Source: Octopus vulgaris (taxonomy: Eukaryota). Taken from it: DNA of 64,000 nucleotides. Position 1 is the first letter of the stretch. Every line of letters begins with the position of its first letter. The stretch lies in assembly GCA_951406725.2 (NCBI GenBank), contig OX597816.1, positions 8,494,001-8,558,000 on the forward strand, given 5' to 3'. This document shows positions 13,229 to 25,254 of the stretch, piece by piece. The notes under the pieces were generated by a model. It ran no database searches, had not been told where the DNA came from, and saw only the letters and a program-made list of their open reading frames with translations. Position numbers and translations under genes: made by a program.

Positions 13229-13462
13229 TTAACCCATTGGTGCCCAAATTTTTTTAATTTAATTCATTACCAAAAATCTTTTTTTTTTATACAACTTTAT
13301 CTGATGCTAAATATACAAAGAAAATTTTTTATTACAATATTTGAAAGACATTCCAGTCTTGATGACTAACTAAAGGTATCTCAGAAAAATACAGGTGTTG
13401 CAGAAATATGATGGATTATCTTTCTGGTCCTTAAAAGAAGACCACGGGTACTAATGGGTTAA
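13229..13462. mobile_element. piggyBac-type MITE, second family
   Basis: TTAA|CCCATTGGTGCCC...GGGTACTAATGGG|TTAA. Confidence 0.75.
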
Positions 13463-15123
13463 TGTTCCTCAAACAACTGTTGTCTCAAAGTTCCTTGCAT
13501 TTTTGTTAGAAATCTCTGACTGATTTATATTCAAATATTTCTTACCCTTTAAGCACTGATGATAACCAGAATCTCTCAAGATAGTACTATAAATACCATA
13601 TCAAATTAATCATACAATATTTAATAATAAAAATAAATTTCATTGAAAAATGGGTTTGATAACAAATAATTATTAGAAACAGAAGTGGTATTAATGGCAA
13701 AAGGTAATATTTATCTCCACTTAAAAATAGATGCACTGTTAGAACACAGAATTCTGTGATACTTTACTATGAGGGAATCTCTCAGATTTGTGGTGCTTGT
13801 AAGCACTCTTGTTTATATCACTAGTGGGAGATAAATCAGCTGCCATCACCACAGCTGAGACTACCGGATAATGTGATCTCAGCCTTCCTTGGCCTTGTCA
13901 ATGGTAGATGCTCAACTGCTGGGAACAGCAGCGATACATATAGAATCTTTGTGCCTAAACAGGCGCTGGTGTCGTGAATAGCCAGTAGGCTTATTAGAAA
14001 ATAATTATTAGAAGTTGTATCACAAATAACTTCTTAAATGCAGTTTTAGCTACTTTTTCTGATGAGCTGTAATGCACCTGAGCATTGTATACAATAACTT
14101 CATTATTATTATTATTATTATACTATATTATTTAAGATTGCGCTGTGCAGTATCAAATACAGCGTTTGGTAACTCTGCTAATGGTGTTGTTAATATATGG
14201 TAGATGTTCTAAATGTATTAAAGTGGCAGAAATGGCTATGGCCTAGTATAAATTACTTTTCTTTATTTTATATCAAGACTAGAAAATTTTATCACGAAAA
14301 ACAAAGTACCGTCTTTGAGTCAATTCTATCAGCTGTACTCCTTTCTTGTAATTGTGCACATGATAGATTCTTTATGGATTTATAATAGTCAAGCAGATAA
14401 GGTGTTGGTCATCTGAGATTTTATTCTGTTGCTTCACTTGGTGCTGGTACCACATAATATGCCCCTGTGCTTGTGCTATGTAAAAAAACACCCAATGCAC
14501 TCTGTAAAGGGATTGGTGTTAGGAAAGGTATCCAGCCATAGAAACCATGCCAAAAGAGACAATTGGAGCCTGCTGCAGCACCTGTCAAACTGCCAGAATG
14601 GAAAATGGACGTTAAATGATGGTGATAATGGTTATGATGATGCTCTTTCCAAATGATTAACATGTGGATTGATGCTAAAACTGAATCTCCTTAACTTTAT
14701 AATATGTAAGTTACCAATATGCTGAAAACATCAATGGTATTTTTTAAGGTTTAGGAGTATTTTGAATGTAAAAAAATAATCTTTTCTTATATGTATTAAA
14801 GTTGTATCACAAATAGCTACTCTGCCATTGAAGAATTGATTAAATGCAGGTGTAACTGTGTGATTAAAAAGTAGTGCTCCAGCATGGCTGCAGTCCAGTT
14901 GTTACGAGTAATTAATGTATAAATTGCTGATACTTCTCCAACAATTACCTGTGATGATATTCAAGCAGAAAGAACCATTAAGAGTTCATCCAAATTTTCT
15001 CTTTTGTTGTGTTTCAAGTGTCAGGGATTAACGTTAGGGTTAAGTGAGAATAAATAAAGAAATCTGATTATTTGAATTATTTCTATGTTTATTAAATTTT
15101 TTAATTTTTTCTTTTTATACCAG

Positions 15124-15260
15124 ACTATAGTTTCTGAAGAAGAAATTGATAAGACTCATTGGGGTGAATTGGAATCAGAGTCAGAATGTGAAGAGTCAGA
15201 AGAAGAGTCTTCCGAAGAAGAATTAGACACAACAGGGCTTATAACCCCTGGTGCCGAGGG
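15124..15260 (+). CDS. SF3B2: SF3B2 coding exon (acidic region)
   Basis: ccag/gtatgt, ends in phase 2; TIVSEEEIDKTHWGELESESE...TGLITPGAEG. Confidence 0.93.
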
Positions 15261-15359
15261 GTATGTACCTTGTTTCTTAATTTACCTCTAGTGAATGTTG
15301 TTCGTTTTTTTGTAGTTTGTAAGAGGAGAGGAGTAGCTTAAATGTATTTGTACATTAGG

Positions 15360-15657
15360 GTCGACCAATGCCTTGTGAGTGGATTTGGTAGATGGAAACT
15401 GAAAGAAGCCTGTCGTATATATGTATATATATATATATGTATGTTTGTGTGTCTGTGTTTGTCCCCCTAGCATTGCTTGACAACCGATGCTGGTGTATTT
15501 ACGTCCCCGTCACTTAGCGGTTCGGCAAAAGAGACCGATAGAATAAGTACTGGGCTTACAAAAGAATAAGTCCCGGGGTCGATTTGCTCGATTAAAAGGT
15601 GGTGCTCCAGCATGGCCACAGTCAAATGACTGAAACAAGTAAAAGAGTAAAGAGAGT
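15360..15657 (+). mobile_element. SINE family B, 5'-truncated
   Basis: Body and tail match the 5218 copy in the opposite orientation. Confidence 0.8.
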
Positions 15658-16064
15658 AGGGTCTGCATTAAAACAAAATGTTGAGTGCAGCTGGAGGAAG
15701 AGAGAGCTCTGCCATCACAGGATGCAGTCTGACGGAAACTTCCAGCCTAAGCGAGCAGAGATTAATGGAACACAGGCAACTTAGTTTGGGGGTTTTTCGT
15801 TCCAGGCACAGTCAAAAGATTGCAAAACATTCTTTTGATGGGGATGAAGAAGATCATTGTTTTTGGTTACGTTTTAATAGTCTCAGATTGATGAGAATTG
15901 AATACATTCCTTGCCAAGTGTAGCTGGATTAGAACTGGCAGAGCTGTGACTCAATGCTGGCCTGAAGTACCGAAGGCTTCTGGGTAGAGTCTATTGATTA
16001 ATGCTAGCTTCATTCAGCAGTGGTTCTTGAATCACCCAAGGTCAGGGAGTTCATCATCGATGAT

Positions 16065-16174
16065 GATGATGATGATCTCCCTGACCCAGTTTTACTCAGC
16101 CAGTAACTGCTGAATCATCCAAGGTCAGCAGTTACTGGCTGAGTAAAAACTGGGTCAGGGAGTTCGTCATCATC
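16065..16174. repeat. Long inverted repeat (hairpin) in SF3B2 intron
   Basis: Arms 16077-16113 and 16125-16162 complementary except one bulged A; 11-nt loop. Confidence 0.9.
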
Positions 16175-16465
16175 AAAAGATTGGTAAAAGAATTGAATCT
16201 AAAACTTGCAAATGTTATAATATGAAGCTCACGAGTAAAAATTGGTAGTATTCCAAATTTACAGTTAGATTCTTGGCGTTTGGCAGCAAATTAAACTTCC
16301 ATTAAAATTCACATAATGGTTTGGATCTGTAGATATTTCTGTTGTTTTCTAGCATTGTACATTGAATATAAACCAGTTTAAAACAAAAAAAACAAAAACA
16401 ATTGATGGAAATATAAAACACTAATGAACACAATCTCAATTAATGAATCACTCTATTTATTTCAG

Positions 16466-16664
16466 ATTGGTTACACCGAGTGGAATAACATCAGTTCCGA
16501 TGGGAGTGGAAACACCTGACATGATAGAACTGAGGAAGAAGCGTATAGAAGATGCAATCGACCAAGGTGGTGACACACCAGCTCTTTATACAATTCTGCC
16601 GGAGAAGAAAACCAATGTTGGAGCAAATATGATGGGATCGGCTCATATATATGATATGTCTGCT
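16466..16664 (+). CDS. SF3B2: SF3B2 coding exon
   Basis: tttcag/gtatgt; phase fits previous exon; LVTPSGITSVPMGVETPDMIELRKK...MMGSAHIYDMSA. Confidence 0.94.
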
Positions 16665-16716
16665 GTATGTATAAGTATTAGCATTATTCTAACCTTGCTT
16701 AACTATGGACTGCGCT

Positions 16717-17179
16717 TTGACCCTTTCGTTACCAACCCGGCTGAAACCAGCTCTGGCTCTGTTGTACAAATAAATGTCTTGTTTTCATAAGTTCTGAATC
16801 AAAATCTTCCACCCAACCTTAGTCACAATTTATGTTCCTAACACCAGCTGAATAATAACTAAGTTATTTTACTAAATTTCTTTGTTATCATCATCAGAGC
16901 ATCTCAACAGAAATAGGGTAACAAAAGGGTTAAAGTCACCATGATATTTTTAACCCTTTCATTACTAACCTGGCTGAAACCGGCCCTGGTTCTGTTGTAT
17001 AAATGTCTTATTTTCATAAGTTCTGAATTAAAATCTTCCACCAAACCATAGTCACAATTTATGTTCCTAACACTAGCTTAATGATAACTAAGTTATCTTA
17101 TTAAATTCTTTGTTATATCTCAAATTAATTGAAAGAAACACAGAGCATCTCAAGAGAAATACGGTAACGAAAGGGTTAA
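16717..17179. mobile_element. Tandem dimer of piggyBac-type MITE
   Basis: Two CCCTTT...AAAGGG units joined by TTAA-agtcaccatgatattt-TTAA. Confidence 0.85.
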
Positions 17180-17871
17180 ATGTATGCATGTCAGACTAAA
17201 AGTTTGTTCTAAATAACCTTACCTTGCTTAACTATTTAGCATTCAGACTACTCAGTCAAATTTTATGTTTGTTTAATCATGAAGGTGCATGGCTTAGTGG
17301 TTAGGCTATCTAACCACTAAGATTCAGTAAAAGAAAGTACCAGTCGAGTACTGGTCCAATACTTATGGATTGACTAACCATCTCCCATCAGAAATGCCAG
17401 TGTTGTGCCTAACTTAAAAACAATCATTTCAGGAAGGCAAGCAGACATGTTACTTTCGGGGGGAATCATAATCTTCACTGCATTAGTGATTAATCTTGCT
17501 TTTTCTTCACCACTCACATATTTCGAATTCGATTTCTGAATGTTAACTACATCACCATCATCATCAACGTTTAATGTCCGCTTTTCATGCTAGCATGGGT
17601 TGGACGATTTTGACTGAGGGTTGGCAAATCAGACGGCCGCACCAGGCTCCAATCTTGATCTGGCAGAGTTTCTACAGCTGGATGCCCTTCGTAACGCCAA
17701 CCACTCTGAGAGTGTAGTGGATGCTTTTTACGTGCCACCGGCACAGGGATCACAACTACAATTTCCATTGATTTTTGATGTTGAGTTTGTATTTGTTAGA
17801 ACTTTAACGTGGATGTGATTATTGCCATTTATTCGGTCGATGCTAATTTTGTTTCTTTTTATGTTGTTTAG

Positions 17872-18072
17872 GTAACCGGAATGCCGACTCAGAAACGGTT
17901 TGGTGAAAAGGGAGGAACTGAGGCAATTGAAGTGGCTTTGAATCCTGAAGAATTGGATATGGACAGTGCAGCAATGCAAGCCAAGTATGAGCAAACCATG
18001 CGTGAACAACAGTCTCAGTTGGAAAAGGAAGATTTGACAGACATGGTTGCTGAACATGCTGCCAAACAAAGG
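17872..18072 (+). CDS. SF3B2: SF3B2 coding exon
   Basis: tttag/gtgaga; VTGMPTQ...EVALNPEELD...EDLTDMVAEHAAKQR. Confidence 0.93.
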
Positions 18073-18154
18073 GTGAGAACCAACATCTTCATTTTGTCGA
18101 TAATTAAAAAATTCTTAAAAGGAAGAAAGAATTCAGTTTAGAATTGTGAAATTT

Positions 18155-18648
18155 TATCATCATCATCATCATCATTTAACATCCATTTTCTATGCTGGCA
18201 TGAGTTGGACAGTTAGACCAGAGTTGGCTTGCCGGAGAGCAGCACCAGGCTCCAGTTGTCTATTTCGACAAGGTTTCTATAGCTGGGTGTTCTTCCTAAT
18301 GCCAGCCATTTTACAGAGTCTACTGGGAGTGTTTCTTTTTTACATGGAACCAGCATGGGCACTTTTCACATAGCACTAATACAGGTGTTTTATATAGGGC
18401 ACCAGCATGGATGCATTTTATGGGATGCTGGCGTGGGTGCTGCATTTGTGACACTGGCACACGTATTTTTTACATGGCACCAGCACAGGTGCTTTTTATG
18501 TGGCACCAGTATGGATGTTCTTTTTATGTGATACCAGCACAGGTGCTTTTTATGGCACCAGCACAGGTGCTTTTATATGGCACCAGTATGGATGTTCATT
18601 TTATGTGATACCAGCACAGGTGCTTTTTTTTTTTTTTTTGTGGCACCA
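18155..18648 (-). mobile_element. Diverged RTE-type 3' end with minisatellite expansion
   Basis: (CAT)n then a short unit (ttttatgtggcaccagcacaggtgc-like) repeated over ~18340-18648. Confidence 0.65.
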
Positions 18649-18711
18649 CCACATGATCAAATCATACAGGTTTTCAAGTTATCTTCAGATTGACTGGTTC
18701 TAAGTTACAAG

Positions 18712-18882
18712 TACCATATTTTAACATGTATAAGGGACCCCTTAATTTTGGGGGCTTAGAATTTGGAAAAAAGGTTTTGTAAGGGATTATATTATTAAAA
18801 AACTATGTATTAAAAAAACTCCCATATTTTTTAACCTAATTTTTAACAAAAAGGGGTTTCTTATACATGTTAAAATACAGTA
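18712..18882. mobile_element. Tc1/pogo-type MITE
   Basis: TA|CCATATTTTAACATGTATAAG...CTTATACATGTTAAAATACAG|TA inverted repeats with TA target site. Confidence 0.8.
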
Positions 18883-19089
18883 CTTTGATTATAGTTTTAA
18901 TCTTATGGAGGTAATTAATTAAAGCATTGGGTTAATTCCCAGAAGCCCTAGTAGTAAGATGAGATGGAAAATATTAGAATTATATTAAGATTGTTCACTT
19001 TCATATTGCCAAAATATATATATATGTAATTTTTGAGATTTCTTTGTAAAATTGTGAAAATAATAAAATTTTTTCTTTGTTACTTTTAG

Positions 19090-19152
19090 AAACGGAAACG
19101 GCAGCAGCAAGACAGTGGAAAAGCCAAGAAATATAAAGAATTTAAGTTCTAG
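19090..19152 (+). CDS. SF3B2: SF3B2 terminal coding exon
   Basis: ttttag acceptor; KRKRQQQDSGKAKKYKEFKF-TAG, the conserved KKYKEFKF C-terminus. Confidence 0.95.
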   Translation, partial: KRKRQQQDSGKAKKYKEFKF

Positions 19153-19224
19153 GTGTTTGACGAAAATCGCCTGTGTATTTTTTATGTCCATCATTTCCCC
19201 ATTATATTTTTGTTATTGTATACA

Positions 19225-19230
19225 AATAAA
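19225..19230 (+). terminator. Probable SF3B2 polyadenylation signal
   Basis: AATAAA about 70 nt after the stop, followed by T/GT-rich sequence. Confidence 0.6.
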
Positions 19231-20639
19231 TGTGATGAGAATATTATTTTTTATATTCATTGTGTAATTTCTCCAAATCCAACCACTTTGCAACTGGCTC
19301 TAAATTGCCATGTTCACTTCATTGCATGCAGTTGTTTAGATGCTTTAACATCAGCCACATCCTGGCAAAGAAAATCTCTGCAGAAACTCATACTGCCATT
19401 CTTTCTCTGTAGAATCTGCAAAATTCCTACCTTTCATACATATTTAGTCATTTCTAGGACTTTGGCAGAACGGTTGGCATGCATGACAAAATGCTTATTT
19501 CTTTATTGCCCACAAGGGGCTAAACATGGAGGGGACAAACAAGAACAGAGAGATTAAGTTGATTATATCGACCCCAGTGCGTAACTGGTACTTAATTTAT
19601 CGACCCTGAAAGGATGAAAGGCAAAGTCAACCTCGGCGGAATTTGAACTCAGAATGTAGTGGCAGACGAAATACCTATTTCTTTACTACCCACAAGGGGC
19701 TAAACACAGAGAGGACAAACAAGGACAGACAAACGAATTAAGTCGATTATATCAACCTCAGTGCGTAACTGGTACTTAATTTATTGACCCCGAAAGGATG
19801 AAAGGCAAAGTCAACCTCGGCGGAATTTGAACTTAGAACATAACGGCAGACGAAATACCGCTAAGCACTTCACCCAGCATGCTAACGATTCTGCCAGCTC
19901 GCCACCTTGCCTGACAAAATGCTTAGCAGTATTTCTTCCTCTGGCAGTATTCCTTAACTGTTTCAACACAAGAATTCTCACATTCACTTCAATGTCCTCT
20001 ATTATCAATTTCATTTATATGAAACTGGGACCTTCCACATATGGCAGACCAAATTCAATTTTTGTACAGCACATATCTTCATTTGTTCTTAATATCTGTT
20101 TTGCATTTTTTTCTTCAGTAGACAGTATTTTCAGGGGATCTTTTATTCCTAAAGTTACCAAAACTTCAAAGATAATTAGTTGTGCTGTCAGTAAGGAATG
20201 TAAATATTTTGTGGTGACAAGTGATCTCAAAAAAATCTGACTAAAAATATGTAGAAAGACTCTAAAGGATTATCACTCATTGCCAGAGCAGCTAACTGGT
20301 TTCCGTGCCGGTGGCACGTAAAAGGCACCGTTTGAGCGTGATCGTTACCAACATCGCCTTACTGGCATCTGTGCCGGTGGCATGTGTAAAAAGATTCAAG
20401 CGAGGTTGTTGCCAGTACTGCCTGACTGCCACGTAAAAGCATCCACTACACTCTCGGAGTGGTTGGCGTTAGGATGGGCATCTAGCTGTAGAAACACTGC
20501 CAGATCAAGACTGGAGCCTGGTGCAGCCAACTGGTTCGCCAGCCCTCAGTCAATCGTCCAATCCATGCTAGCATGGAAAGCGGACGTCAAACGATGATGA
20601 TGATGATATTATTACAGATAAACAGAGTCTGTAAATCAT

Positions 20640-20817
20640 GATCATTGAAGCATGATGGCAGGCAAATACTTGTATCGAGTAGGGTGTCCACAGTTACCAC
20701 ACTTGCGTCGTTCACAGGGATATTCTTGCTTCTCCCTCAACACACATTCTGCTGTCAAAGAATGAAGGGAACCAATGGAATTGGTTTTCTTTGTTGGACT
20801 GTCTGTTCCAATGCAAA
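20640..20817 (-). pseudogene. Possible decayed piggyBac-like transposase Cys-rich C-terminus
   Basis: ERRKCGNCGHPTRYK, then after a frameshift SCFNDHDL; resembles R.C..C...TRY.C..C...LC..CF with a deletion. Confidence 0.35.
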
Positions 20818-20849
20818 CTTTTAATAATAAACATATGACAATAACACAC

Positions 20850-21238
20850 TCTTTACTCTCTCTTTTTACTCTTTTACTTGTTTCAGCCATTTGACTGCGG
20901 CCATGCTGGAGCACCACCTTTAGTCGAGCAAATCGACCCCGGGACTTATTCTTTGTAAGCCCAGTACTTATTCTATTGGTCTCTTTTGCCGAACTGCTAA
21001 GTGACGGCGACGTAAACACACCAGCAATGCTAGGGGGACAAACACACACACATATATATATATATACATATATTCGACAGGCTTCCTTCAGTTTCTGTCT
21101 ACCAAATCCACTCACAAGACATTGGTCAGCCCGGGGCTATAGCAGAAGACACTTGCCCAAGATGCCACGCAGTGGAACTGAACCCGGAACCATGTGGTTG
21201 GTAAGCAAGCTACTTACCACACAGCCACTCCTGTGCCT
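20850..21238 (-). mobile_element. SINE family B
   Basis: Head, body and tail on - strand. Confidence 0.85.
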
Positions 21239-22859
21239 ATATGCGTGAACAATTTGATGAGATGTTCACTAATAAAATGACCAGGCATTTCTTTAACTAA
21301 AACCAACTACCTTTTCCTATTTTTAATGTAAGCAATCCCGGTAGCCTGTCACCTTGCTACTGTTGTGATATGGCAGGGGAATTGCTACCAGGCTTGTTAT
21401 GGTCATCTAAGAAAAATCTGTTTGGCAAAGTTGCATACGTTAGATCATCATGGAAGACTACCTAGGATTGTGTGGCCTAATATAGCAGCTCAGTGGGCTT
21501 TATCATCATCATCATCGTTTAACGTCCGCTTTCCATGCTGGCATGGGTTGGACGGTTCAACTGAGGACTGGCGAACCAGATGGCTGCACCAGGCTCCAAT
21601 CTGATCTGGCATGGTTTCTACAGCTGGATGCCAACCACTCCCTGGGTGTAGTGGGTGCTTTTTTATGTGCCACCGGCACAGAGGCTGGCAATGGCCACGA
21701 TTGGTTCGTGCTTTTTTATGTGCCACAGGGGCCAGAGGAGGCTGGCAATGGCCACGATCGGTTCGTGCTTTTTACGTGCCATGGGCATATTATTCATTTG
21801 TAGGAAGTGTTGGATGTTGAGCCTTTGTCTCTATTGAAGATGTAATTCCTTTAAGCCATCTTTTTTAGAAAGAGAAAGAATATAACATAATCATCATGAT
21901 GTAATGTCCGTTTTCCATGCTGGCATGGGTTCGGATGGTTTGACAGGAGCTGGGAAGCCAGAGAGCTGCGCCAAGCTCCGCTGTTAGTTTTGGCAAGGTT
22001 TCTATGACCAGATGCCCTTACCTAGCACCAACCACTTCACAAAGTGTAGTGGGTGCTTTTTACGTGGTACTAACACAGGTACTTTATACAAACCTCCACA
22101 ATGGGTGCTTTTTTACTTGGCACCAGCAGCTGGGATCTTGCAAAACATGGACCTCTCGGCTACAAGGGAGTGAAGGCGCCATGGCTGTAGAGGACATGCT
22201 TATATGTATGTATGTATGTATGGCCAGGATAACAACTTCTAAAATTAATTTAACAAGTCAAATGAACCACAATAAAGTTTTTAAAATGATATTAATAAAT
22301 GAGTGATTCAAATTTTACTTAATTAGTATTCAGTTTATAAGAGGAAGCAACAAATACTAAGCTATTTCATCAACTAATAGTTCGCTAACCAAAATACACA
22401 CTTTGTGTTTCAATTAAATTCTAATATAATTGTGAATTTAGACTTGCTTCATAAAACAACTTTTTTATTCAATTAACATATTAATGTGATTATTGGAACA
22501 CAATTGGCGTTAGGAAGGGCATCCAGCTGTAGAAACATTGCCAGATAAGACCGGAGCCTGGTGCAGCCTCCTGGCTTCCCAGATCCCCGGTCGAACCGTC
22601 CAACCCATGCTAGCATGGAGAACGGACGTTAAACGATGATGAATTAGACCCCTTCTGGTGGTGTGAAAAGGCTCTGAGTACACGTCAATTGTAAAGTAAT
22701 TTGAGGGCCACTGTGTGCATGCTGGCCCCAAGCAACACAGTGCTCAAACCCATGCCAAATGTTCTGGCTGATCTCCATCTCAAGCATCTGGACCCTCCGG
22801 AAGATGTTGGGGGTTTCCAAATCCCCAACAGTCTTGACTGCATCCAATGGTGATGTGGC

Positions 22860-23220
22860 TGCCACTCTGAAATCCCTATGAGCACCATTGGTGGAGTAGA
22901 TGGCCTGTGACCCAACCACCTCAGACGTTTGATCCCACCACACTCTGCTGAGGCAAGAGTATGTTTGCTTTTGTCCTCTTTGTATGGATTACCTTCGCCA
23001 TGCCCAACATCTCTTTTCAGCTACTCCGATTGCGCTGGAGAAGAAGGACAGATGCTTCCATCCAGTAATGATGGGCAATGTCCTTCCACAAGTTGTAGCC
23101 AGGATAGCATGTAGATCAATCAGGGATGATCAGAGCGAGGCACTAAGCCCTGTCCAGTTGCAAGTGGGAGTTAAGGGTGGATGTGAGGCCGCTGCCCATA
23201 CAGTATGCACCTCCTGCTGA
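22860..23220 (+). pseudogene. Fossil CRE-clade non-LTR retrotransposon RT fragment
   Basis: GVDGL*PNHL and LFSATPIALEKKDRCFHPVMMGN...LSPVQLQVGVKGGCEAAAH resemble CRE-type LIAL.KKDGG.RPI..G and Q.GVG..GG.EA..H motifs. Confidence 0.65.
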
Positions 23221-23265
23221 AGCTGGGCATAAAAAAAAAAACACCCCTTTTATTTCCTGTTATCC

Positions 23266-23817
23266 ATCATCATCATCATCGTTTAATGTCCGCTTTCCAT
23301 GCTGGCATGGGTTGAACGATTTTGACTGAGGGCTAGTGAACCAGATGGCTGCACCAGGCTCCAATCTTGATCTGGCAGAGTTTCTACAACTGGATGCTCT
23401 TCGTAACGCCAACCACTCCGAGAGTGTAGTGGGTGCTTTTTACGTGCCACTGGCAACGACCTCACTCGAATCTTTTACACATGCCACCGGCACAGGTGCC
23501 AGTAAGGCGACGCTGGTAACGATCACGCTCGAATGGGGCCCTTTTACGTGCCACCAGCACAGAAGCTGGTTGGCTGCTCTGGCAACGATCACGCTCGAAT
23601 GGTGCTCTTGGCACCCTACTAGCACAGGCATAAGTGCCAGTAAGGCGACGCTGGTAACGATCACACTCGAATGGGGCCCTTTTACGTGCCACCAGCACAG
23701 AAGCTGGTTGGCTGCTCTGGCAACGATCATGCTCGAATGGTGCTCTTGGCACCCTACTAGCACAGGCATAAGTGCCAGTAAGGCGACGCTGGTAACGATC
23801 ACACTCGAATGGTGCCT
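23266..23817 (-). mobile_element. RTE 3'-end copy with internal 138-bp tandem repeat (~2.3 units)
   Basis: Unit starts ~23495, 23633, 23771; 46-aa period in the spurious ORF. Confidence 0.8.
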
Positions 23818-24092
23818 GTAAATCAAATGCCAGATGAAACTTATGAATTTATATGATGTATTTGGCAAACCTTTGCAGATGCAGAATGCTGTCCCCCATA
23901 CCCCCATTTCCTCTTGCCACCCTTTCCTCACCCTTAGAGTGGGTACATTGAAAGGTAGGTCTGGTGAGGATTGTTGAGACACTGGAATGAAGGCATGTAG
24001 ATGTGTGTTGAATTCAAGAAGGACGGTGGAGGGGTGTGTGGCTTCTGCCAGGTTCCTCACAGGCAAAGAACATGGGTAAAAAGAATCTGTGT

Positions 24093-24472
24093 AGGCGCAG
24101 GAGTGGCTGTGTGGTAAGTAGCTTGTTTACCGACCACATGGTTCCGGGTTCAGTCCCACTGCGTGGCATCTTGGGCAAATGTCTTCGGCTATAGCCCCGG
24201 GCCGACCAATGCCTTGTGAGTGGATTTGGTAGACGGAAACTGAAAGAAGCCTGTCGTATATATATATATATATGTATGTGTGTGTTTGTCTCCCTAGCAT
24301 TGCTTGACAACCGATGCTGGTGTGTTTACGTCCCCGTCGCTTAGCGGTTCGGCAAAAGAGACCGATAGAATAAGTACTGGGCTTACAAAGAATAAGTCCC
24401 GGGGTCAATTTGCTCGACTAAAGGCGGTGCTCCAGCATGGCCGCAGTCAAATGACTGAAACAAGTAAAAGAG
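24093..24472 (+). mobile_element. SINE family B, full length
   Basis: ggcgcaggagtggctgtgtgg...GGTTCAGTCCC...aagtaaaagag. Confidence 0.88.
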
Positions 24473-25254
24473 AAAATAGTAATAAGGGTTGGTGGAGTGG
24501 GCATATTTTTGTTTATATTCAGCATTATGATGTGCTTCTGGTGTAATTGTTTTGAACAAGCTAAGAGGTGGGAGCGGGGAATGTCTAAAGGTTTTGTCTC
24601 CTGGGCAACACTGTTACTAGGTCCACTCTGTTCACAAAAATCGTTAACAAAAACAGTTTTCAAACTTTTGATCCACAAAATCTATTTTCTTTGTTGCTGT
24701 CGGGATCGCTGGTTTCACTTTCGGAAATTGAAATATCCTATTCATAATCCCACACCGTGTGGTGCTTTTTTTCTCTTTGTGTTCATCATATATTTTACTT
24801 GCCTTTTTTCCCCACTCATGTCTTCAAATTCTTATTCACTATTCGACAACATGAAGCTGGTTTTAAAAATTTTCAGAAAAACAAAGAATAAAAATTTAGA
24901 AAAATAAATTTCTAAACATTCACAGAGGTCAGATGTCATGCTAAATAAAAGTTGGATACTGTAACTGAATTGTTTACAGATTGACATCAAGTGTTTTGTA
25001 TTTTCTGGGACGTACTAACAATGTTTGTGCTGAAGATATCATTTAAGTATGAATAAGTTATTTCCGGTGTGAATGGGCAAGTTGGTAATATAAGCTAATA
25101 AAATTCTTTGAGTGGGTTAGTAACAAAAGACTTAGTCATGTACTAGAGTCTTCTACCATCTGGCAAATGTTTGCATAAACCTTCGTCTTCTCTGGTGCTG
25201 ATAACAATCTTTCCACCCTTCCATTCAAATCCACAATTTCATGGATAAAGTACA

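Noticed and set aside
23336-24066. 161-aa and 208-aa ORFs
   Set aside because: Arise from a 138-bp tandem duplication in an RTE 3' UTR copy
24093-24165. tRNA genes at SINE heads (also 4797, 39885, 51629)
   Set aside because: A/B boxes are present but run into multi-copy SINE bodies; no complete cloverleaf seen
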